Source: Lytechinus pictus
Lineage: Eukaryota
DNA length: 64,000 nt
Direction of reading: 5' to 3'
Assembly (NCBI RefSeq): GCF_037042905.1
Contig: NC_087250.1
Coordinates: 9,798,001-9,862,000 of the forward strand
Positions 1 through 12,328 of this stretch are shown piece after piece (position 1 is the first letter of the stretch; each line of letters opens with the position of its first letter). Position numbers and translations under genes: made by a program. The notes under the pieces are model-generated. The model worked only from the letters and a program-made list of their open reading frames with translations, made no database searches and was not told the DNA's origin.

Positions 1-734
1 GCAACTAAGATACGCGCCTCCATATAGACCTACCCACAACTGATATCTAGACATTAAAAAGGTGGGTCTTTAGCAAGGTCTCAAGGGAGTTGGAACTATG
101 GATACGTGATTGTAATTTATTCCACTGGATTAGAACAAAAACGGAGAAGGCTCGATCACCATAACTGGTATTTGTACGTGGTCCTAAAGTTAGCTGCAAG
201 GTTTTTGCAGAACGAAGTGGTCTGAGTGAGCTAGAAGAGCGGAGAGAGATGAGGTTAGAGAGATATTCAGGAGCTAGGCCATTGATTATTTTATACGTCA
301 AAAGAAGATCTTTGAAAACGATGCGCTGGAAGCCAATAAAATGATTTCAGAATATGTGTGATATGTTCAGATTTTCTTGAAAGAGTAACAAGCCTTGCAG
401 CAGTATTTTTCATTCTTTCGAGTGGGCGTTAATGTGAGAGTGGGAAACCAGAGCGAGCAGAATTGCAGTAATCAAGGTGGAAAGATACAAAAGCATGTGC
501 TAGTTTAGCAGTTATGGTCATGGTGGTCGGGTCGAGTAGCTTCCTCATTTTTCCACAATTGGAAAATCAAATCCATGTAGCAACGTACCGTATTGAATTT
601 GACCAGTAACAGAGCCACCATTGGGGTCGTTACATGTGTCAAAATGGCTTATCAATCCTTTTCATTTGCTCTTTATATCGTAAGTTTCCTGTATTGCAGA
701 ACATGGATCGATGTCTTTTCGCTTTGTTTTCCAG

Positions 735-883
735 GGGTCCGTTGCAGAAAGAGTTGCGTTTATTAAAACGCAAGTAAAAAAATCAATCGCAAGTCCTAAA
801 TGCACGATGTTGATTGGTTGAAAATCAAGTTGCGCAAGATTTTTAGAGTTGCGATTGATTGCAACTCTTTCTGCAACGGGCCC
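735..883. mobile_element. 149-bp Harbinger-like MITE, present only in unit 1
   Basis: TIR GGGTCCGTTGCAGAAAGAGTTGC / GCAACTCTTTCTGCAACGGGCCC flanked by CAG and CTG. Units 2 and 3 have a single CAG (31228-31230 in unit 2). Confidence 0.85.
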
Positions 884-1179
884 CTGATTGACTATTAGTA
901 AATGTACATAATCTTTTTAAGCAAGACAGGCGCCCTTTTTAAGAGGTTGATAGTCCAGACAAATCCAAGGCTACCTTTACAAAATATGAAATAGGACACT
1001 TATTTTGACAATCAAAGCTTTACAGGTTTCAACATCGACACGGTAGCGAATTGGAGCGCAAAGAAAAGGGTTTTTGGGGCGGTCATCGTCTTCCCTTGCT
1101 GCTCTCACACTTGAACATTCTTTATTTCGAAACCTACTATCGGTTTTTTCATCCACATTCTGGTCGTTTTTATACATAC

Positions 1180-1284
1180 CGACTGCACATGTTGGTCCTT
1201 GAAACCTGGCTGAACAGGAGCAGGTGAAACCTTCCAGTGTTTCCGTGCATGTTCCTCCATTAAGACATGGGTTGGGTAAACAGT
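1180..1284 (-). CDS. Coding exon 3 (EGF) of the next gene copy
   Basis: Same EGF exon as 31521-31625. Confidence 0.9.
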
Positions 1285-1882
1285 CTGAGATCGAGAATTT
1301 GACGTGACACGACAAATTGAAGTAGATGGGAAAGTGAGTTAGCAGGGCATATAGAAACGGAGAAAAGAGACAAAGGCAGAAACGGGGAGACATAAAAAGA
1401 CAGAAGGGATGGTTTGGGAAATAAAAGTGATATTGCCATCTTTATCGTCAGAGGAACAATTGTATTCAAAACCTGTTATTTTACTCTCAAAACACTCGAC
1501 GAGCGGATCCAGGGGGGCACATTCGGCCCGTGCCACCCCCTTTTAGGAGGCATCAGTATTTTTTGTTTTGGTCATTCATAGACGTGAGGACTTATTTTTT
1601 TATTTTATTTATTTTTTTGGCTTGTCAAATTGTTCATGGAACAAAATGACATTTCTTTGATATTGAAGACCTTTTTTTGAATGTCATTTTTTTCTACATC
1701 AAATAACCTCGAATTGGTAGTGAGTTATTTTTTTTCCAACATTTTCCTATAAATACGTGCCTCCCCCTCCCCATTAGAAAATCCTGGATTCACCCAAGCT
1801 CGATACAATCCACACCCTTGTAGTACAAACTAGACAATGCTTTTTTTTCCATGGCGTGAAATTGGTAGTTTCATTAGTATGT

Positions 1883-2274
1883 GGGCGATTCCATGCTAGA
1901 AAAATCAGCAATTTTCTCAACATTTTTCAACCTGCTGTCCAGACGAACGAAGAACTTCAATTTGCTTTGTGGTAATATTGAAGGACTACTGGGTAGACAT
2001 GCAAACAACTGACAACCAACACAAATATGTTGTCCATAGTTGAATTAGAGCTTAAAATGTTGCGTGCCGTACGGGACATTTCTGCGTCCCGTACAACACT
2101 TTTTACCTCTAATATACCCACAATCTATTTTTTGTGTGTGTTGGTTATTAGTAATTCACATGACTACCCACGATAGCTTTATCATTGACAACAAAGAATA
2201 TTTTATTGCTCAAGCATTCGGCTAGGAAACTAGAAATTGTCAAAATGTCCCGTACGAAACGCATGGAATCGCCC
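1883..2274. mobile_element. MITE with 14-bp TIR and 4-bp TSD, Sola-like (unit-2 copy 32254-32645)
   Basis: ATGT-GGGCGATTCCATGC...GCATGGAATCGCCC-ATGT. Confidence 0.75.
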
Positions 2275-2983
2275 ATGTGGAATTCACAGCGGAGCAATTG
2301 CCCAGAGGAGCAAATTTCATCGAATCATTATGAGCCACCAATTTTCGACAACGAATTCTTGCTCTATGTCATAAAGGATACTCGATATTTTATCATACAT
2401 AAATCAAATTTTGTATACATATTGGTCAGAATAGCATCATGTGACCAAACATATTTTCACTATTTTGCGATGATGTTGAAAATGAAATGACCATTGAAGA
2501 AAATTGACTATTCCGTGATGTCAATAACGGAATAATGCACTATTCCATCATTGACATCTCATTATACTGACACACATCATGCAATCTCTCGGGCGCATCG
2601 GTCAGCGAGGCAATTCGACCGGGCAAATCTTTGGCGTAGGCACAAATCCGCGCGATATCTGTATTTCAGTTCAGATTAAAAATAGGATGAACTAGATGTG
2701 CAAGAACTAGATTATCAAGACGTATTGTTCTAACTTAATATTAAATGTACGATATAAAACAAATATACCAGGCTTTCATTTTGAAAGTAAAGAGGCAATT
2801 ATTCATTCTCGGTTGCACTGGCAAAATTAGTAATGCCAGTCCAACCTCGGACAAATAATTACGCAAGGCCTGATATGTTTCTATAATATAATTTCCCTGC
2901 TTCTGGACCCTCCGAACATCGTGGAGCGAAAACTCGCTGCAGATATAAAAATGACAGTCTTAAAAGAGGCTTTGACAACATAC

Positions 2984-3148
2984 CTGGGAGTTTGAAGATG
3001 AAGATGAATCGATTTGAAACGATTCTCTTTATCCCTGGCCAGTTGGTGTCATCTCTGACTATTAACTTGGGTTCCAGGGCAGCGATGTCTACCGTTTGCA
3101 GTAAGCCTGCTCCGCACCTTGCGTTTACTGGCATACCAAACTTTAAGA
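2984..3148 (-). CDS. Coding exon 2 of the next gene copy
   Basis: Same as 33355-33519 with intact splice sites. Confidence 0.7.
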
Positions 3149-3700
3149 CTGAAAAAAAAAATCAGACGAGATTCCAAGTCAGTCCCATCCCTACCGTCTT
3201 CGGTGAGCAAAAACAAATATGTGGCTTGGCCCTGGGAAGCGGGGGTATACTGGGGAGAAGGGGGGGGGGTATCTTTCTTTTTCTTTTTTCGCGAATTTTG
3301 TCGCCAAATTTGTCGTGATGTATATTAACCTTGCTTGAGCTGTGATCAAACCAGCGCCTGAAACTGGATGGAAGTTGTCCGGATTCCAGCAGGAGAGCCA
3401 ATTTGGGGAGTGTTATAGGATATCACGTATAAACGGAAGCGTAAAAGAAAACACTGGTACGCCGAGTACAAAACGAAATTGATTATTGATCATCGATTCT
3501 TTTTTTAAGTATCCATGGGACTAAGCTTGAAGGGAGGTTGATGATGTTGGAGAAGAATGCAATGAATAAGAGGGTTATCAACACAGAGCGTTCGTGCATA
3601 ATAAGCTAAAAGATAAATGCAAAATACCACAAAATATACGTATTGGGTTAGAAATATTACGGAATCCATGTGACATAAACGTAACTAAGTAAATACTTAC

Positions 3701-3755
3701 TCAAAAGCAAAAAGCTTGTTAGCACTAGAGATCTTCTAACGAAACCTCTCGTCAT
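3701..3755 (-). CDS. Coding exon 1 of the next gene copy (gene continues off the left edge of the window)
   Basis: Same sequence as 34074-34128. Confidence 0.7.
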
Positions 3756-4049
3756 CTTCTTCAACGCCGAGTATATTTACTGGAAACAAGAGATGCGTAA
3801 ATATGGACAAGTTTGTGTATTGATTTGATTTTTACGCATTTACATAGCATTTATGATTTATGTCATTCACGCAGACAAGTTATTACATGAATGATAATAA
3901 TAATACTTATTATTATTATTATTATATAACTTATCCGTTAGTATTTGCACATATGGGCAGTTGTAATTATATATTATAACGGTAATGGATTTGAGTTTTT
4001 TTCTAATCAGTATGACCATTTAGTTTCAAACGTTGTTCTTCCGAGGCCA

Positions 4050-4555
4050 AGTATAATAATAATAACAATAATAATAATAACAATAATGATAATAACAATG
4101 ATGATAACAACAAAAGCTGGATTTTTAAGCGATCTTTGTCTGAGGATACATAGCGCTGCAATAATTACCCCAGCTTTAACTGTGCTGCCATGGCCCTTGG
4201 AAGCGGGGTGCTGAGTGTATTAATCACCATTGGCAGCACCCCCAGGTATTCTGGCATAAATTGGGGGAAAATCTTAACCAAAATTACCCTCATTTTGTAG
4301 TAAAACCCCCTGTTTGTTGTTTTCTTTTTTCAAATTTCTTGAAACCAATTTGAGCTCCTGGAGGGCCCTGATACGTGCTAAAGCTGAAGCATTCAAGGAA
4401 TTTCTTCCTACAGGTTACCCATTCATCTCGCCTGGGTTGAGTGCAGCACAATGTGGGTAAATTTCTTGAAGGAAAGTAGACCATGGCTAGGAATCGAACC
4501 CACGTCCCTCAGATTAAAAGATGAGAGTCATAAAGTACTAGACCACGACACCCCC
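4050..4555 (-). mobile_element. Older tRNA-SINE with an internal insertion and a degenerate (TTA/TTG)n tail (unit-2 copy ~34423-34928)
   Basis: Minus strand GGGGTGTCGTGGTCTAGT...GGTTCGATTCCTAGCCATGG with the same CORE-like body. Confidence 0.65.
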
Positions 4556-5135
4556 ACATAAAGAGCAGAACAAATCGTAGCAGGTGATGGATGATCCGAT
4601 GTTATCTCTTTTCCTCAACTTTGCAGGGCGTATATATGTTACCATCATAATCATAACACACACACAAACAAAACTACACCACGGTCGTTTCCCTCCAGGG
4701 CTGCAACTTGTCACCTTTGTTATTTCTTTCTTGCTTTCACTTAGTTTACGAATGTTTTTCGAATGTTTTCCAAGGACGTTATGTGCGTCAACGCAGAGAA
4801 TAATCCTTTGTTCATAGGGGGGAACAATGCTTACCCCCCCCAAAAAAAAAATGACTGTCCTCTGACTGACGCTCATGATGGACATGATGGTAAAAATGGT
4901 AAAGATAATGTCTGTTACCTCTGCCTTGTTTCCTTTTGCATCCGCAAGCCTCACAAAATTAGTACAGACCTTAAAACATTCATACTTATCAAGGCAGAAT
5001 CTCCTAAGTCAAGAATACGCATGCATTCAATGCGCGCAAATTGTGTTTCGTCGCAGAGCAACACACTACAGCAGTGGCACGAAGACAGCATTTACGCATT
5101 GATTGTCAAGATCCCAACGTGAGTGATAGCTTTAA

Positions 5136-5730
5136 AGGGGAATCCAGCCCTGGCCATACACTGTTGTGTTGAGAAGGAGAAAAATAAATTAAAGAGAATG
5201 GTGATAGTTTGAAAGAAATTGGACAAGCAATAATAAAGTTATAGCTGTTTATAAATTGAGATCACTAATACTATGTAGATTTCAAATTGGCAAATGGGTA
5301 AGTAAATTATGACAAGGGGCAAGGACAACTTTCCCATAGGCCATGTACTTTATTATCAGCGATTTGTGGTTTTCTCCTAAGTACCCATTCCCCTGGGGCC
5401 TTAATCTAAATATAAAAAAAAGTAGTATATTGTTTTATGTCCTCATGAAAGAAAAACATAAATTAAAATAAAACTTTTGGGAAAAATGACATTTTAGCCA
5501 TAATATGCATTGGAGTACATGGAAGAGTATTCCTTGCCTTACATCACTATGACATCCCATATGCGGCCATTTGAAGTCTCCATGGGTATAGTGATTACCA
5601 ATATTTACAACTTTTAAAAATTCATAACTTTCTTGTTGTTTGTCCAAAATTGTTCAAACTTCCACCTATCAACTTGTCTGATTTTTCTTTTCCTTATAAA
5701 AACAAGTTTTTATTTGGGTTTGATTCCCCT
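5136..5730. mobile_element. Kolobok-like MITE with TTAA TSD (unit-2 copy 35510-36103)
   Basis: TTAA-AGGGGAATC...GATTCCCCT-TTAA with internal inverted symmetry. Confidence 0.8.
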
Positions 5731-6489
5731 TTAAAGGTATACGTTCCTGGAATTCATGAGGGCGTTGGACAAACTACGCTCAACTTGCGGCGCCAGCTAC
5801 TCATTGGCACCAGTGCAATACGACGCCTACGCAGATGCCACGTTCTGTATGCCCGAACTGCATGACGACTTTCAATTCGCGTATGCTTCAGCTGCTGTTC
5901 AAAGATCTTGGCAGGTTGGCCCCGCCTCCTACTGCAGTGACGTAAGCAGATCAACGCAGCGCAGTACTGTGCATAGGTACATGCACATCACTGGTGATTG
6001 ACAGCCGCATGCTAATTACATGTACGACAATGATCTTTGTAAAGAGGTAAGAGGCGAGTAGAGCAGTAACAATACCGTCCAACAGCGCCATACCTTTTAG
6101 TGAGCATATCCGAGATACCGAATTCAAATGATGACCGGAAGCACTCTCAAAACAAAACAGTCGAAATGACTAGTTAATCGGGTCAGTTGAGTGCAAACTG
6201 TCATTCTAGTCATGTGTATTCTAATTGTATTTTACTAGAACAGAGTTATTTCTGACTAGAATGTACGTCAGAAATGTGACTAGACATTGTCAGTAGCACC
6301 CAGCTGACTACTGATCTAGTCATTTTGACTGCTGTGATTCAAGGATGTGTGACCAGGGCTTCACAAGACAAAGAGCCTTGCTCTAAAACTGACCATGCTC
6401 ATGCATGGAATTAACTTCAAGAAAAAAATTAATAGGACGAACATCCATTTCCCCCAGATACTTTTCCTACCTACAACAGAAATGATTTA

Positions 6490-6638
6490 TACCTCGGTCA
6501 CATTTGCTCTACGGCGAGTCGAAAACAGCCGTTTTATTCATTTTTTCTAAACCACCTTTATGTAGCTGGTACAAAAATGCTAAAACGGTCGTTTTCGATT
6601 CGCCGTACGGCCGCCGTAGAGCAAATGTGACCGAGGTA
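6490..6638. mobile_element. Short hairpin MITE (unit-2 copy 36863-37011)
   Basis: 27-bp perfect TIR TACCTCGGTCACATTTGCTCTACGGCG. Confidence 0.8.
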
Positions 6639-6798
6639 TCAGTGTTAAACAGTGTGGGGGTATTCTGAACTTCGGTTTAATCTAAACTCTTGTCTAAAGT
6701 TGTGGTTTAACAATGAAAAGTCAGTCGTGGCACAAGTCTCTAGGAAAAAAGTATTTGGCAGACTAGTTAATTAGAATATAAAAATGTGTAAAAATAGT

Positions 6799-7430
6799 AA
6801 CTTATATATTTTTTCTTGCCATCCAGGCTGAAAGCTTGCTCATTGAAAATAAGGAGCGCGCAATTAAAACCAAACCATTCAATTTTTGGCCTCTCGTAGT
6901 TTTAACACTGGCTTAGACTATACTATAACTTACACCTTACTTCAGAATACCGTCCAACCTTATATATTTTTTCTTGCCATCCAGGCTGAAAGCTGGCTCA
7001 TTAAACATAAGGAGCGCGCAATTAAAACCAAACCATTCAATTTTTGGCCTCTCGTAGTTTTAACACTGGCTTAGACTATTCTATAACTTACACCCTACTT
7101 CGGAATACCGTCCAACCTTATATATTTTTCTTGCCATCCAGGCTGGAGGCTGGCTCATTAAACATAAGGAGAGCACAATTAAAACCAAACCATTTAATTT
7201 TTGGCCTCTCATAGTTTTAACACTGGCTTAGACTATACTATAACTTACACCTTACTTCAGAATACCGTCCAACCTTATATATTTTTCCTTGCCATCTAGG
7301 CTGGAGACTGGCTCATTAAACATAAGGAGCGCGCAATTAAAACCAAACCATTCAATTGTTGGCCTCTCATAGTTTTAACACTGGCTTAGACTATACTATA
7401 ACTTACACCCTACTTCGGAATACCGTCCAA
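6799..7430 (+). repeat. ~157-bp minisatellite, 4 copies (5 copies at 37172-37960)
   Basis: Unit AACCTTATATATTTTTCTTGCCATCCAGGCTG...CTTCGGAATACCGTCC repeated head to tail. Confidence 0.95.
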
Positions 7431-8294
7431 TAAGTTCTACGTAGGTTGAAAGTTTGGATCCGTCCCCGTCGATGGAAGTTGAGTCTGTAATAAGCAGCCG
7501 AAACGATGGCATATTTTATTGTTGGCTTCAACGATCTCAAACAGACTATACTTAAATAACAACGTGTCTTCCATCACAACACCTCGTACGTATTCAATAA
7601 ATGAATAATATTTTGACAACTGTAACTGTTTATGTTGATTCATATATTCAATAAATATTGGAAGAAAAAAAAAATTGCCTAAAATAACATCAAACTTTTT
7701 CTTTTTAATGATCAAACATAACAATGGTTTATAGTATTTTTACAGTCCATATCAATAAACATTTTTGAAGAACTGTAATATTACATTTCTAATGCTATGG
7801 TTACAGCACGTTGTTCGTGTCTTTGCACGAACTTATCTCACAACCTAAACTAATTAATGTTTATGATAATCAATAATTGTGAAAAATATATATTATAGAT
7901 TCACGTATTGGCTCAATACAGTCATAACAATAAACAGCCCAAAGTTAATGTTTTGTTTTTTTTTGCTTTGCCTTTTTTTGCCTCTGAATATGATTGATCT
8001 GATCATAACAAATTTGAGTAACTTTGAATAAACATTTGTTTGGAAAAAAAACATTTACTTTCGGATTTATTTTTTTCACTACATATATGCAGTAAATATA
8101 TATATATATGACCTAGATGGTGCAAACTGAAATATTGTTTTCTGTGGATCATTGTAATGCCGGGAGTGGCAGAATGGTGCAGGATTCAACTCTGAACATG
8201 GTATTTTCATGAATCAGAAGAGTGAATGGAGACATTTAGTCTAGTCTTACTTTCACTGTGATAAAAAACAATTTTTATGTTTTACATGTTATCA

Positions 8295-8479
8295 CAGTTA
8301 TATTGTGCTGCACTCAACCCAGGTGAGGTGAATGGGTACCTGGTAGGAATATATTCCTTGAAATGCCGAGCGCGTAAAATCTGCTTGAGCTACAGCCAGG
8401 GTAATAATATCCTAGTCCTTTGGAAGCGCATAGAGACGTTATTCATAATGTGCTATGCGCCATACAAGAACTGACTATT

Positions 8480-8495
<16 letters not shown>
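8295..8495 (+). mobile_element. 5'-truncated SINE followed by (TA)n (unit-2 copy ~40793-40990)
   Basis: TGTGCTGCACTCAACCCAGGTGAGGTGAATGGGTACC body, with the same tail type as 27763-28067. Confidence 0.75.
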
Positions 8496-8552
<57 letters not shown>

Positions 8553-8659
8553 CCACTCCCGCACTACCATTCACACATGCATGCACAGCATTATGATTGA
8601 TCTGATCTTTAAACAAATGAGTAACTTTGAATTAACATTTGTTTCGAAAAAAGCATTAA

Positions 8660-9253
8660 AGGACAAGTCCACTCCAACAAAAAGTTGATTTGAATAAAAA
8701 GAGAAAAATTCAACAAACATAACACTGAAAATAGCATCATAATCGGATGTAAAATAAGAAAGTTATTACATTTTAAAGTTTCGCTTAATTTTACAAAACA
8801 GTTATATGCTCATCCTGGTCAGTATGCAAATGAGGAGACTGATGACGTCATCCACTCACTATTTCTTTTGTATTTTATTATATGAAATATGAACTATTCT
8901 AATTTTCTCCTCATTGCCAAGTGAAACAACGATTAACTCCTCCCTGAACATGTGGAGTTAGCATTGTTTAACACTATATGGTTCAGTCAAGTTGGTCCTT
9001 GATATTATATATTGTATTGTATTGTAAATATTGTATAATTCAAACATAAAAAACAAAAGAAATAGTGAGTGATGAGCATCATCGACTGACTCACCTAGTT
9101 GTGCATATCACTGTTTTGTGAAAAATAAGCGAAACTTTAAAATGTGATAACTTTCTTATTTTACATCCGATTTTGATGAAATTTTCAGTGTTGTGCTAGT
9201 TTTATTTTTCTCTATTTATTCAAATCAACATTTTTTTTGGGTGGACTTGACCT
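8660..9253. mobile_element. Kolobok-like foldback MITE with TTAA TSD (unit-2 copy 41157-41739)
   Basis: TTAA-AGGACAAGTCCAC...GTGGACTTGACCT-TTAA with long imperfect arms. Confidence 0.85.
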
Positions 9254-9282
9254 TTAACTTAGGAATTAGATGGACAACTACA

Positions 9283-9385
9283 CCTGGGTTTCCTTATTCA
9301 TATAGTGCAGTGGGTTCTTAATGTGCAAAGGTGGTGACTTTCCTCTAGACAGGACCTCAAAATTAACGCCCTATCCGAGAGACGG
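9283..9385 (-). mobile_element. Deu/Nin-domain SINE fragment (unit-2 copy ~41769-41871)
   Basis: Minus strand CCGTCTCTCGGATAGGGCGTTAATTTTGAGGTCCTG...GCACATTAAGAACCCACTGCAC resembles the Deu-domain consensus as I recall it. Confidence 0.55.
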
Positions 9386-11199
9386 TTTTCTTCGACTGTA
9401 ACATAGCCAGCATCGATAGAACAGAAATGAAACGTATATTATTCAATCATGTATATTTTTGTTGTTTTTATATTTTTTTGTGAATTATGTTTTAAGGGGC
9501 TTGTTGAAAAATAGCCTGACGGTCAAGAGCTTTTTTACACCATATTGAAATTAACAAACAAACAAATAAACAGAACTGGAGCTTTTTTTTCCTTGTGCTG
9601 ATATATCCCTAGACACCTATAACAAACTTAGCACCTAAAAACACTCATAACATGCGTAACTGTAGGAACCGGTTTGTGCAACATCACCCAATAACAGGTA
9701 GGGGAGACCAGTGACAATTGTAACATGGGGCAAATGTAACAGAGGCTCCCACTAGTCCGGCAGCCCAGGAGATTTATTCAACCGGAAGCCGGACAAGCAA
9801 ATGACCCCATAGCTGGATGGCATGGACCCTGAAATTTACAAAAATGCATTGCTGCCGGGTTTTATCCGTGGTCTTCCCGCCGAAATGATCTATAACGTCA
9901 CTACAAAATGGCCCTATTTCACCATTTTTTTGACATTCTACACATCGCATGAAGTCAAGGTGGAATAGCTCAGCCAAACCATACTTGTTTTGTATGAAAC
10001 TTACAAAATATATTGTTCAAGTATTGAAAAGAGACATGCAAAATTTCACAAACAGGAATTATTGTTTACATATGCAAATTACGTCATGAAATTTGCATAT
10101 CATTAATTTTTGATATTTTTTGCATCAAAAATTGTCGAAAATCGATTTAGAAATTTATTTTCTTTTTTAGTGTACTTTTTTTGATATATTTCCTGTCAAG
10201 CATAATATCGTTCTCTTTATCTATATCTATACTTTTAGAAAATATATGTCAGTAATTGGAAAAGGCATTATAGACTGTGATTTTAGCCCCCTTTTCAATA
10301 TGGTGCGTATATAGAAATCGTGCGTTTTGGGCCTATTTTCACCATTAAGCTGAGGTGTGCGAACGATATGCCCACTTTATCGATGTTTCCTGCATTTTGC
10401 ATGATATTAAATCTTCGAAACAACATATTTTCATCTTAATTATGTCTCTGCTGATAAATAAATGATTTCAGCAAAGATTGATTGCCCACTGGGCAGTCTA
10501 TAGGTTACGTTTTCAGCCTAGTTTTCGACGACGAACATATACCATGTATGACTGCATTATTGTAGTCGAGTCGGAAATGGGAGTTCCTGTGCACCATCAA
10601 AGTATACTTTTAAATCAACGTTTTTGTATTCCCTGAAGTGTCTAGTTAATGAATCTTGATGTTTTCTTTGCAAAATCGTGTCCCACTGGGTTCAAATTGA
10701 TATTTTTGGCGGCCCTTTTGGATTTTTTTCAATGAAAATTCATTATTTTCATATTTTTGTGCAGAGAGTGTGACAATAGGACAATCTTACATGAATACGC
10801 ATTTTACTATGATTCGGATAGTAGAAATCGGTTGAAATCGTTTTCTGGACAGACCTGCTAATATATTTTGAAATAAATAAAAATATACCCCGAAATTGTC
10901 ATGCTTTTGGTCCAAAATTTGCATGTGCATTGATATCTATCTGCTCAGTCATTAACATCAACAACTATTGCAAAATATCAGCATTCGACACGAAAGAGGA
11001 TATATTATACCAAGAATACTGAAACGCTTCGTGACAGTATAAATGAATGTCTTAATTTGCTTAGTTAAAGGGAAAATACCATGTATTACTCGTTATTGCG
11101 ATAAAGTGACACAAAAAAGCAACCTCTGTGTCATAGGCACACCTGCAAGAGCCCGAGGAAGGTCCCCTTTCCCTATCAGTAGCTTGACTAAAAAATGAG

Positions 11200-12125
11200 A
11201 TTTTTTGAGCCCCCAATGTGACAAGATGGTGGTTCCTTTATGTAAAAAAACAACTCTTATTTTATTGAAATCACTTGGAGACAAAACAGTAGGCTCTTCT
11301 CTATCAGCTACATTATAAAGAAGTGAGGGCACAGCAAAGCCTACCCCCCCCCCTTACGGGACCGCCAAAGTCCCCCATCCTTTTTTCGTATTTTGCCCAT
11401 TTCTTGGAAAATTCGCAATTTTTGTAGCCCCCTTGAAGGGAAAAGACGTTTCTGCTTTGCAGTCAAGTCACCTTTATTGTTTTTAACCACTTGGAGATAA
11501 AATAATAGACTTTCCTCTATCTGCTACATATAGGGAAGTGCTGACACAGCGAAGCCTAAGCCTAAACCCTCAGGGTGCTGCCGAAGTCACTCACCCTTTT
11601 TTTTTGTATTTTACCTATTTATGGGAAAATATGCCATTTTGGAGCCCCCATTGAGGCAAAAAGCTTTTCTGCTAGGTAAAAATGCCACTTTTATTGTTTA
11701 AAACTATATGGAGACAAAATAATAAAGTTTCCTCTATCTGCTACATATAAAGAAGTGCTGATACAGCAAAGCCTATGCCCTTTGGGGACTGTCGAAGTTA
11801 CCCACCCTTTTTTTTTATTTCACCTATTTGTGGGAAAATATGCAATTTTTGGAGCCCCCATTGAGACAAAAAGCGTTTCTGCTATGTAAAAATGCAACTT
11901 TTATTTTTGTTACTGTATGGAGACAAAAAATGGAGGTTCCTCTATCTGCTACATAATAAAGAAGTGCTGGTACAACAAAGCCTACCCCCTCTGGGGACTG
12001 CCGAAGCTACCCACCTCTTTTACGTATTTTACCCTAATGGGAAAATATGCCATTTTTGGAGCCCCCATTGAGGCAAAAATCGTTTCTGCTATGTAGTAAG
12101 GCCACTTTTATTGTTTTTAAACTAT
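11200..12125 (+). repeat. ~210-bp diverged tandem repeat, about 4.5 copies (unit-2 copy ~43686-44611)
   Basis: An (G/T)AGCCCCC motif recurs at ~11207, 11425, 11641, 11851 and 12058, with CTCTATCTGCTACAT in each period. Confidence 0.85.
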
Positions 12126-12130
12126 ATGAT

Positions 12131-12328
12131 GGAGCGTTGTGGCCCAGTGGATAAGTCTTCTGACATTGAAACATTCTGCTGCACTCGACCCAGGTAAGGT
12201 GAATGGGTACCCGGCAGGATTAATTCCTTGAATGCACGAGCGCTGAAAGGCAGCTCGAGCTAAAGCCGGGGTAATCATAATAATAACGCGCCTCGGAATA
12301 GAATATTTCTGGATAGATGGCGCTATAT
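12131..12328 (+). mobile_element. tRNA-derived SINE with an internal deletion (unit-2 copy 44617-44814)
   Basis: Same head as the 21569-21838 copy, with the B-box region deleted. Confidence 0.8.

Noticed and set aside
6799..7430. CRISPR-like regular array
   Set aside because: Whole 157-bp units repeat with no unique spacers, the context is eukaryotic, and there are no cas genes.
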